This document shows positions 25,134 through 32,477 of a stretch of 64,000 nt of DNA, piece after piece. The position numbers were made by a program, and so were the translations under genes. The DNA lies in the IMG/VR virus record IMGVR_UViG_3300012925_000001. One strand, 5' to 3'. Each line of letters starts with the position of its first letter. Within the stretch, counting starts at the first letter, position 1. The stretch is from a virus. The notes below the pieces were generated by a model, which made no database searches, was not told where the DNA came from, and saw only the letters and a list, made by a program, of their open reading frames with translations.

Positions 25134-25242
25134 ATTTGGTTGCCTATAGTTGCTCACGAAAGCGCAACCTGTTGGTTGCATATAGGCCTTCTAGGCGCAT
25201 TTCAACTCATCCATGGGGTAAAAAACTAAGTTGTTGATTTTA

Positions 25243-25269
25243 GGGTAGTTAGGTGCAGCCTAACTACCC
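25243..25269. other. perfect 11-bp inverted repeat (hairpin)
   Basis: GGGTAGTTAGG 25243-25253, loop TGCAG, CCTAACTACCC 25259-25269. Confidence 0.8.
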
Positions 25270-25294
25270 CCCTACCCTCTGCCATCCTTTTAAT

Positions 25295-25514
25295 GGCGGT
25301 AATCGACCTAACCCCATGATTCCAAACGACTTTAATTCCGCCAACCTCTCTAACGGTAATTGGCGGGCATGTCGGTAATAGGCGTTTCTTTCCCATATTT
25401 ATTACCGCCATTACCGCCAATTACCGCCAATGCCATTTGGCGGTAATAACTATATTTGTTTTGTGTGTTTTAGGGGATTACCGCCATTACCGCCATCACT
25501 ATATATATATATAC
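25295..25514. repeat. iteron array (ATTACCGCC, both orientations) plus (TA)7 tract; candidate replication origin
   Basis: ATTACCGCC at 25401, 25410, 25420, 25477, 25486; GGCGGTAAT at 25295, 25439; degenerate copies at 25334-25344, 25354-25366, 25373-25384; TATATATATATATA 25500-25513. Confidence 0.75.
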
Positions 25515-25696
25515 TTATAACTGAACCTGTTTTTGGCTCGGTTTTCGGTGACGTCGGGAGCCCTCAAATCTGGACTCTTGACTGATGGTTGCACTATAGC
25601 ACGTGTGTGGAGAATTGCAATAGAGTGGGAAGAATTATTTTAGGTGGAACCTTGAGGGTGGCTCGAACTGCCTTCCCCTTTAGCTAACGCGCCGGC

Positions 25697-26782
25697 TTAG
25701 TTCATAAAAGGCTTGCGGTACTTCCGGGTGCGATTGTTGCCGATCTTCTCCAACATGCCTAGCTCGTCTGAGGCCCTGGAGGCTATCCAGCGCTCCAGTG
25801 TCCTGAAAACGATAGATAGCTCGTCTGCCCATGCTGCGAACTCGTCCTTGCCCCATTCTGTGCCATGCTCGGCCTTGTCCAGCTTGTCGTCGAGCATGGC
25901 AAACGTAGGCGAATCTGAATTCTGCGTGCTGGGGTCCATAATCACCAGGCGATGCTGCTCGTCAAAGTCGACATATAGCAACCTGCTAATAGATTTGTTT
26001 TTGGATTCGATGCGGACTTTGCGATATCGGGGGCGTTTCTCTTCAGGTAAGTCTAGCCGAGTATGTTCGATCCCGATCAGGGTACTGGCTTCCTGGGACC
26101 AGGCTACGGACCCGAAAACCCGATCGGCCAGTACCGGATATGACTCGCCCTTGCGCATCTTGGCCATGCCAACAGTTCCCAGAATGGTCACATGATGTTC
26201 AATACAGAACTTTTGCAGGGTTTGATAGTAGAAATCGCGCACGGCCCGCGAATCGTTGATCTTGCCGCCGCCTTCCATCATGTACTGCAGGCCTTCGATG
26301 AACAGGAAGTAGACTGGCTGTCGAGCTTGGTGGCAAAGTTCGCCATAAAGCCTTTGCAGCGTTTCCAGAGGGGTCTCACTGGAGCCTGGGTCCCAATCTC
26401 TGACCGGGAACTTGATAGGGTTGCTTAGCTCCTCCATCTCCATGTGGGCTATGCGGTCGAACAGGATGTCCCAGTTGCCAGAGCAGACGATAGCCCCGCA
26501 TTGGTGAGGTTCATCGCCGTCTTTGACTGCGTAGTCTAGGAAGGTACCGCTGGCAATGTAGGTTTCGAGGCAGCTCAATGCCAGGGCAGTCTTGCCAGAA
26601 GTACTGCTACCTATCATCAGATTGACGGAGCGGAGCGGAAATAGCCCTGGCACGCACGGCTTAGGAGCACGGTGCACTAGCTCAGGGCTGAGCTGATCGC
26701 GTGGGACTTCACGAGTATCGATTTCAAACATGTCTAAATCGAGTTCAGCAGGCGGAGGGGCAGGGGAGCGACGTTTAGCCAT
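25697..26782 (-). CDS. RecA-fold P-loop ATPase, RepA/DnaB-like (AAA_25-type) replication helicase candidate
   Basis: Walker A GSSTSGKTALAL, Walker B-like VYFLFIEGL; 361 aa; its 3' end faces the iteron array. Confidence 0.7.
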   Translation of the reverse strand: MAKRRSPAPPPAELDLDMFEIDTREVPRDQLSPELVHRAPKPCVPGLFPLRSVNLMIGSSTSGKTALALSCLETYIASGTFLDYAVKDGDEPHQCGAIVCSGNWDILFDRIAHMEMEELSNPIKFPVRDWDPGSSETPLETLQRLYGELCHQARQPVYFLFIEGLQYMMEGGGKINDSRAVRDFYYQTLQKFCIEHHVTILGTVGMAKMRKGESYPVLADRVFGSVAWSQEASTLIGIEHTRLDLPEEKRPRYRKVRIESKNKSISRLLYVDFDEQHRLVIMDPSTQNSDSPTFAMLDDKLDKAEHGTEWGKDEFAAWADELSIVFRTLERWIASRASDELGMLEKIGNNRTRKYRKPFMN

Positions 26783-27061
26783 GGGAAGCCTTTCAGCGGT
26801 AGCGGTACGGGTCAGGGAGGGTCGGTGAGGGTGTGGTGGAGCGAGCTGGAGCGCTACTGAGCGACACAGGCGTAGAGTCGCAAATAGGCCTGAAAAAACC
26901 TATTGCGCTGACGTCTCGATTGGATCTAGTATGAGTGTCTACCAAGTTGGCTGCCCGCTTGATCTGGTAACTATGCTGTGTAGTGTATCAGATATTTGTG
27001 GTGTTGGGTAGCCCTAAGTGATAGAAAGTTTAGCGCGGTTTCGCACGGTGGCAGATGGTGG

Positions 27062-27090
27062 TTGACAGTTGCCTGGAGTGTGTGTAGAGT
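27062..27090 (+). promoter_or_regulatory. sigma70-type promoter candidate P4
   Basis: TTGACA 27062-27067, 17 nt, TAGAGT 27085-27090; a second TTGACA at 27099-27104. Confidence 0.5.
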
Positions 27091-27128
27091 AAGTTTTGTT
27101 GACAGCGGAAGGGAGTCCGCGAGCAAGC

Positions 27129-29111
27129 ATGCCGATGAATTTTATCCCTGAGGTTTCTGACGATCTATCCGGATCTGCAACGCAAGTGATTCCCGAGAAG
27201 CGCAGGATTTATGTCGATCGCACGCGGCACAAAGATCGGCAGCGATGCAAGCGGCTTAGATGGTTGGGTTATCACGCCGGCGCAACGTCGAATGGCATCC
27301 AGCCCAAGCGCAAGTCGATCCACTTAGTCATCGGCTCAGCAGTGCATGTAGGCATGGAGCGCCTCCTCTGGGGCATGCAGGATTACATCAATCAGCACAA
27401 CCTAACAGTCGATGAAGGGTTCGCAGCGATCTCTGGGATCAACACTCAGAAGGTCTGTGAGTTTATTGAAGACCAAGCTGTCGAAGCTGCCTTACGCGAC
27501 CTTGTGGCCATGACTGAGTTTGGCGTCGAGCTGGACGACCAGGAGAAGTTCGCAGCAGAAAAGGCTAAGACTGCACTGACGACTGGGTCGCTGAACTCAG
27601 CAACGGCTGCCGCTGGTGGCGACTCGATGATCGAGATCACGTTTGAGGATATGCCGCTGCCCACGCCGCTGCCTGTTCCCGAGCAAGCTATTAAGTTTGC
27701 TCAGACCGTGCAAGCTAGCTTGGATATGCTGTCAGGAGCCAACGCCCTGTCTACCGTTGACTGGGGAGCGCCGATCTATCCAGCATCCAAGAACCTGGTC
27801 GAGATCATGGAAGGCAATGACCCGGCGATGATTCTTAGCGATCCAGCACTCGCCGCTATCGAGATCAACGTCCCCAGCGAGCAAGCAAACGCCATGAAAA
27901 CCGCCGGACTCGACAACTACCTGCTGGAAGAACTGGCCGCCCAGATCGAAGCCCTAGTCCGTGCCTATGCGCGTCGTCGCTGGAAGCCACTCCTCGATCA
28001 GTTCGAGATCCTCGAAGTCGAGCGTGAAGGCGAATGGCAGTTAGGCAAGATCGAGTACGATCGCTGGGTTATCGAGCCTGCAATCACATCCGCACCGGGA
28101 GCTGTAGACCCTTTCTATAGCCAGACTCTGAAGAGGTATGTTGACCAATACGAAATCTGGTTCATGTCCCGGCATGATGCGCTGTTGAAGGAACGTCAGA
28201 CAGGATACCTATACCTGCAGTCATATAAAACTACCGGCTCATGGGACCGGCGCAAGGAAGCTGACGCACAAATAGACATGCAAGGCCTCTCCGAAGCTGT
28301 CGATGTCGAGAAGCGATTCTCGGAAGCCTGGCATATCATCCAACGCAGTGGCGGGCCAATCACAAGCATTGACAACCTGGCCGATCAGATGGGCGATGGT
28401 CAGCAGCTAAATCGTCTAGTGAACCTGCGCACGGCTAATTGGCTAGCCACGCTCCCAGAGCCACCACGCATCCTGGGTGTCCGCTATGAGTACATGAACA
28501 AGGGCGCACGTCGTCAAGACAAGAACGATACTGAGATGCCGAATCGATACGTGGCCGATACGCCGCTGATCCGGGCCTATAAAACCGACGGCATCACCGC
28601 CGATGATCGCAAGTGGGGTTGGTCTTACGAAGTCTGCGATGCCTACGGCAAGTCCAAACGTCTCGACTACCGCACCTGGAAGAAGGCACCGGTATGGCGG
28701 TTCATGACGATCAAGCAGTGGATTGATTTGCTCGATGCGGACAAAGTCCAGCCTGAGTCCTATGACAAGGAAGGTAACCGGCTAGACGCGCTTGCTGACC
28801 AGTTCATGACACCGATTCATGTCTACCGCAACGAAGATGACATGCGGGACATGTTGGAGCAGCTCCAAGCGGAAGAAGAAGAGAATGCGCGAGACGTGCT
28901 GGCGGTTTACGCTGTCCGTTCCGACCCGGGCAAGATGCGCTCCGAGCTCAACAAGCGCTTCTCGCAGAACCGCGCCAGCTGTTCGTACCCCGGCAAATGC
29001 CAGAACCATGAGATCTGCTATGGCAGCTCCGAGATCCGTCGTGACCCTGAAGGCAGCGGCCTGTATCAGATCCGTGTAGCCAACCATCCGCAGGAGAATT
29101 ATCAACCGTAG
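27129..29111 (+). CDS. PD-(D/E)XK (RecB/AddB/Cas4-like) nuclease with four-Cys cluster
   Basis: N-terminal RQRCKRLRW, GSAVHVGME, ...HDALL...YLYLQSYKTTG (AddB-like DYKTG block), C-terminal CSYPGKCQNHEIC; start ATG 27129 (track TTG 27096). Confidence 0.65.
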   Translation: MPMNFIPEVSDDLSGSATQVIPEKRRIYVDRTRHKDRQRCKRLRWLGYHAGATSNGIQPKRKSIHLVIGSAVHVGMERLLWGMQDYINQHNLTVDEGFAAISGINTQKVCEFIEDQAVEAALRDLVAMTEFGVELDDQEKFAAEKAKTALTTGSLNSATAAAGGDSMIEITFEDMPLPTPLPVPEQAIKFAQTVQASLDMLSGANALSTVDWGAPIYPASKNLVEIMEGNDPAMILSDPALAAIEINVPSEQANAMKTAGLDNYLLEELAAQIEALVRAYARRRWKPLLDQFEILEVEREGEWQLGKIEYDRWVIEPAITSAPGAVDPFYSQTLKRYVDQYEIWFMSRHDALLKERQTGYLYLQSYKTTGSWDRRKEADAQIDMQGLSEAVDVEKRFSEAWHIIQRSGGPITSIDNLADQMGDGQQLNRLVNLRTANWLATLPEPPRILGVRYEYMNKGARRQDKNDTEMPNRYVADTPLIRAYKTDGITADDRKWGWSYEVCDAYGKSKRLDYRTWKKAPVWRFMTIKQWIDLLDADKVQPESYDKEGNRLDALADQFMTPIHVYRNEDDMRDMLEQLQAEEEENARDVLAVYAVRSDPGKMRSELNKRFSQNRASCSYPGKCQNHEICYGSSEIRRDPEGSGLYQIRVANHPQENYQP

Positions 29112-29140
29112 TTGACAAAGGTTTCGCGTAGTGGTATTGT
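29112..29140 (+). promoter_or_regulatory. sigma70-type promoter candidate P5
   Basis: TTGACA 29112-29117 directly after the nuclease stop, 17 nt, TATTGT 29135-29140. Confidence 0.55.
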
Positions 29141-29235
29141 AGCTCCTGAGAGCAAGACAACAGAGACAACAGATAAGTAAATGATCCTCTTCAGCACCCT
29201 CTTCTCCATTACCACACATTTCAGAAGGAGCACCA

Positions 29236-29472
29236 ATGCCCAGCGAATACCGCAACCCGAAGCTCAGCAAGAGCGACCCAATGGTGGTCGAGCATATCAA
29301 GATTCCGAAGTCAGTTCTAGCCTCATTGAACATCTCAGCCGCAAGCCGTCAACGTCATCGCTCGTTTGTAGTGCGCGAGATCCTGGAAACATGGAAGGTA
29401 CAGTTCGATAAAGACATGGCTGCGAATGCAGTAGCAGCAGCTAAGTCGAATAAGAAAACTTCAGCGGCTTAG
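29236..29472 (+). CDS. ribbon-helix-helix-like small protein
   Basis: AAGGAG before ATG; VEHIKIPKSVLASLNISAASRQRHRSFVVREILETW fits strand/helix/helix. Confidence 0.55.
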   Translation: MPSEYRNPKLSKSDPMVVEHIKIPKSVLASLNISAASRQRHRSFVVREILETWKVQFDKDMAANAVAAAKSNKKTSAA

Positions 29473-29495
29473 TTAGACCGCAACGTAGCACAGCT

Positions 29496-29520
29496 CACAA
29501 CACAACACAACACAACACAA
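29496..29520. repeat. (CACAA)5 microsatellite
   Basis: Five perfect tandem CACAA units 36 nt upstream of ATG 29556. Confidence 0.9.
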
Positions 29521-29555
29521 TAACGCTTACCTAATCGCAGAAGGAGCATTACTTC

Positions 29556-30593
29556 ATGGCACGTTCGGGAGTCATCTATGGAGCCTCAGGCACATTCAAA
29601 TCGACCGCAGGCAAGCACTTCTCCAGGTACATCTACAAGAAAACTGGCAAAGCCACGCTACTATTCAGTCTGGATGGCGGCGGCTGGGGACCAATGGAGC
29701 CTGAGATTCGTGGTGGAATCATCCTTCCGTACCGCGGCAACACGCAAGTCCCTCTGCCAGTGCTGCGCAAGATAAGCCAGGGCTACTGGCCTGAGGATTC
29801 CGGCGAGACTGAAATCAGCAAAACCAACCTGCGCTCGATTGATTGGGCACGGTTCGGAGGCTTGTTCGTGGAAGGTCTGTCGTCTATCAGCCAAGCCTTG
29901 ATGCGGCATCTAGCCGACCAGCAGATCAAGACTGGCGAGGAAGCTACTAGTCCGTTCTCGCAGCGTGTGGTCGTCGAAGGCCAAGTAGTCACTGAAACGT
30001 TTGCCGGCAACAGCAAAGCGCACTATGGCTTTGTCCAAAACCAGCTCTATTCCCTAGTCACCAACTTCACCTCTCTTCCCCTTGAATACGTTTTGTTCTC
30101 TGCACTTGAATCACGTACTGAAGAAGATGATCGCTCGACGATCTACGGGCCACAGGTCGCAGGCAAAAAGGCTACCGCACTCGTTCCGTCCTGGGTCGGC
30201 GACTGTCTCCACTCTGAAGCTTACCCAGTTGAGAAGTTCATCCAGGTCCCTGATCCCAAAGACGCGACGAAGAAAATAGAAACCAGAGTCGTCGAGACTC
30301 TAGTCCGCACGTACTTCGTCAAGCATCCAGACCCTAGCACTGGAATCATGTTCCCGGCGAAACCTCGAATCGACTCTGAGAAAGTCGGCGAACTGATGAA
30401 GCTATTTCCAGGCGGATACTATGAGCCGTCGCCGTCCCATGGCCTCGACACCTATCTCGAAGCTATTGACTCATTCAACGAGTCCTCAGGAGATGACGCT
30501 GGTGACTGGCGTGCTGAAGTCGATAAAAAGTTTGGTCGTGTGACTGTGGCTGGACCGATTGCCACAGCTTCACTTCCTAAAGCCACCAAGTAA
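29556..30593 (+). CDS. RecA-fold ATPase (Sak4/AAA_24-like) recombination protein candidate
   Basis: N-terminal GVIYGASGTFKST (degenerate Walker A), GGLFVEGLSS (Walker B-like); position between nuclease and SSB-like gene. Confidence 0.55.
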   Translation: MARSGVIYGASGTFKSTAGKHFSRYIYKKTGKATLLFSLDGGGWGPMEPEIRGGIILPYRGNTQVPLPVLRKISQGYWPEDSGETEISKTNLRSIDWARFGGLFVEGLSSISQALMRHLADQQIKTGEEATSPFSQRVVVEGQVVTETFAGNSKAHYGFVQNQLYSLVTNFTSLPLEYVLFSALESRTEEDDRSTIYGPQVAGKKATALVPSWVGDCLHSEAYPVEKFIQVPDPKDATKKIETRVVETLVRTYFVKHPDPSTGIMFPAKPRIDSEKVGELMKLFPGGYYEPSPSHGLDTYLEAIDSFNESSGDDAGDWRAEVDKKFGRVTVAGPIATASLPKATK

Positions 30594-30631
30594 GACAGAG
30601 ACAGAGAACCTGCTGCTTGCTGTGCTGCCTT

Positions 30632-30645
30632 GGTCAACGTTGACC
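30632..30645. promoter_or_regulatory. perfect 14-bp palindrome GGTCAACGTTGACC (operator candidate)
   Basis: 40 nt upstream of RHH gene 30685; overlaps first of two ACCTGAAG direct repeats (30643, 30662). Confidence 0.5.
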
Positions 30646-30684
30646 TGAAGTAGAACCATCAACCTGAAGAAAGGACCGAACCTA

Positions 30685-30924
30685 ATGACAACCGAGAATG
30701 AAGTCGTAGGAGTTGGAGCACCGGCACCGACAAGCATTACCGCAACACCAGCTTCGACAGCCTCAGTAACTACATCGCTGCCAAAGCAGAACACTACCGT
30801 TTCGATCACACTGGACGCTGATGTTTATGCATACTACGCTGCAAAGGCTAAGGAAGACGATCGTAGCCTGGCCAAGTATTTGCAGCGCGAGCTGAAGGCT
30901 AAGTTTGAAGTAGCTGAACTCTAA
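30685..30924 (+). CDS. ribbon-helix-helix (CopG-like) protein
   Basis: C-terminal TVSITLDADVYAYYAAKAKEDDRSLAKYLQRELKAKF is a textbook strand/helix/helix pattern. Confidence 0.65.
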   Translation: MTTENEVVGVGAPAPTSITATPASTASVTTSLPKQNTTVSITLDADVYAYYAAKAKEDDRSLAKYLQRELKAKFEVAEL

Positions 30925-31009
30925 GCCAGTCAGCAGCTCAGACTAGGCAACCCAACCCTCACCGCTCAGCCTGTCTGAGCCATAACAGCACCGAAAGGAA
31001 GCACTAACA

Positions 31010-31729
31010 ATGGCTACCAATCCCGCAACTGATTTTGCATCACCCGTATACATGGAAGAGACGGCTGGCGACGCATCTCTCGCTGACGTAGTCGTAGTCG
31101 ACCTCAACGATCCCAATCTGCTGCTGGCAGAGTTCGACACCAACTCTGACATCGATCCATATGCAGCTCCCCCGCCAGTTGCTGACGGCACTTACCTCGT
31201 CAAGATCAAGCAGATTGACGTCAAGGGACCGAACGGCGAGCTGGTACGTCACACTGTACGCACCGGCACCGGCGAGAATGCCAAAGCCTATGCGTTCACG
31301 GCTCTCGAAGCGCGCATCATCGATCCTGGCGCTCCGTTCGATAACTTCGTTGTTTTTGACCGGTTTGTCAGCACGCTGCCTGCCCGTAACGGTGGCGTGC
31401 CGATCGTGCGCATCCTTACCTGCCTGGGCGTACAGCTTCCGGCTCGTATCAATGCAAAGATCTTGCTCGATGCATTCTTCAATGCAGTAGCGAGCGAACC
31501 GGAACTTCGCATCGAGACCGAGTGGGAAGGTTCTGTGAGCAAGGAAGATGCTGACAAGCTGTATGCCGCTGGCGTGGACAAAAAGAAGTTTCCACGGGTT
31601 TATGGAATGCGTAAGTTCCCACAAGACAGCAAGGGTAACCCGATTCCTGAGATCGTTGTTGATTCGCCGATTGGCAAACTGGAGCTGCGAGCGAACGTTC
31701 GCATTACAGGGTACTTTCCTAAGGCGTAA
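31010..31729 (+). CDS. DUF669-like putative ssDNA-binding protein
   Basis: PPVADGTYLVKIKQIDVKGPNGE core resembles DUF669; typical position after a Sak4-like ATPase; acidic N-terminus. Confidence 0.5.
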   Translation: MATNPATDFASPVYMEETAGDASLADVVVVDLNDPNLLLAEFDTNSDIDPYAAPPPVADGTYLVKIKQIDVKGPNGELVRHTVRTGTGENAKAYAFTALEARIIDPGAPFDNFVVFDRFVSTLPARNGGVPIVRILTCLGVQLPARINAKILLDAFFNAVASEPELRIETEWEGSVSKEDADKLYAAGVDKKKFPRVYGMRKFPQDSKGNPIPEIVVDSPIGKLELRANVRITGYFPKA

Positions 31730-31775
31730 CCAAGATTGGCGAGCAGTGGTGTGCAAGCTGATGAAGTGAACCGAA

Positions 31776-31806
31776 GTGAGGTCTAGTCCTAAAGGCTAGG
31801 CCTCAC
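31776..31806 (+). terminator. stem-loop after SSB-like gene (no U-tract)
   Basis: GTGAGGTCTAG 31776-31786 / CTAGGCCTCAC 31796-31806 (one G-U). Confidence 0.35.
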
Positions 31807-31834
31807 CTCTATAACTCGGACCCGGAGCACGAGC

Positions 31835-32089
31835 GTGGGATATAACAACATAGACGAAGACTCAGCGCAGTCTGCAGCAGACAGGGAATCCGAAGCTATC
31901 AGGATTCTGAACCGGATCGGCGACACAATGGTCCACCTGATGCATTCAGGCGAATACGTTCCAGGAGTGTCGATGAATGCCCGAATCTTTGTATCTGAGC
32001 TAGTCGATACACTGGAGCTTACAGGACGCCTGACAATATCGGTCAAGCAGTTGTGGTGGTTGCGCGACCTCAACGAGAAGGTGGACTGA
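31835..32089 (+). CDS. hypothetical protein
   Basis: GTG 31835, GGAG 8 nt upstream; 84 aa. Confidence 0.55.
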   Translation: MGYNNIDEDSAQSAADRESEAIRILNRIGDTMVHLMHSGEYVPGVSMNARIFVSELVDTLELTGRLTISVKQLWWLRDLNEKVD

Positions 32090-32096
32090 TTCAGCC

Positions 32097-32477
32097 ATGG
32101 CTAAATTCGCAGGCGGAGTCAGCGTCGACAAAAAAGGCTACCTGGTGATCAAGGCCGGGAAGCATCGAGACCGTAGAGTTCATATCATGATTGCAGAGGC
32201 GATGCTGGGCCGGGAGTTACTGCCTGATGAAGATGTGGATCATAGAAATGCGGACAAGCTCGACTGCGACTGGCGTAACCTGAAGGTTATCAGCAAGGCT
32301 GAGCACGGTGCTGTCTCGAACCGCCAGCGATGGTTCCTGGAAAACCGAGCCGAGCAAGAACGTGCTGAATGGGAAGCTTGGATACACAACGGCGGCAATC
32401 GCCCTGATGAAGGCCAAGACGTAGATATAACAGACGAAGACATAAAGTTCAACCCAGAGGATTTCCCAAATGCCTAA
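32097..32477 (+). CDS. HNH endonuclease
   Basis: VHIMIAEAMLGR...DVDHRNADKLDCDWRNLKVISKAEH (H-N-N-H spacing of HNH_3-type homing endonucleases). Confidence 0.85.
   Translation: MAKFAGGVSVDKKGYLVIKAGKHRDRRVHIMIAEAMLGRELLPDEDVDHRNADKLDCDWRNLKVISKAEHGAVSNRQRWFLENRAEQERAEWEAWIHNGGNRPDEGQDVDITDEDIKFNPEDFPNA

Noticed and set aside
25226-25420. 64-aa minus-strand ORF in the iteron region
   Set aside because: Its sequence is the translation of the iteron copies (MAVMAV…GGIK…), it starts at TTG and it has no SD. The DNA repeats explain the region better.
28782-29333. 183-aa minus-strand ORF spanning the nuclease 3' end, P5 and the RHH gene start
   Set aside because: It is antisense to two well-supported + genes and a promoter. 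It has no SD and its composition is implausible.
31040-31756. 238-aa minus-strand ORF opposite the DUF669-like gene
   Set aside because: It is an almost exact antisense shadow of 31010..31729. Its composition is R/L/S/C-rich, it has no SD, and it would break the rightward operon.
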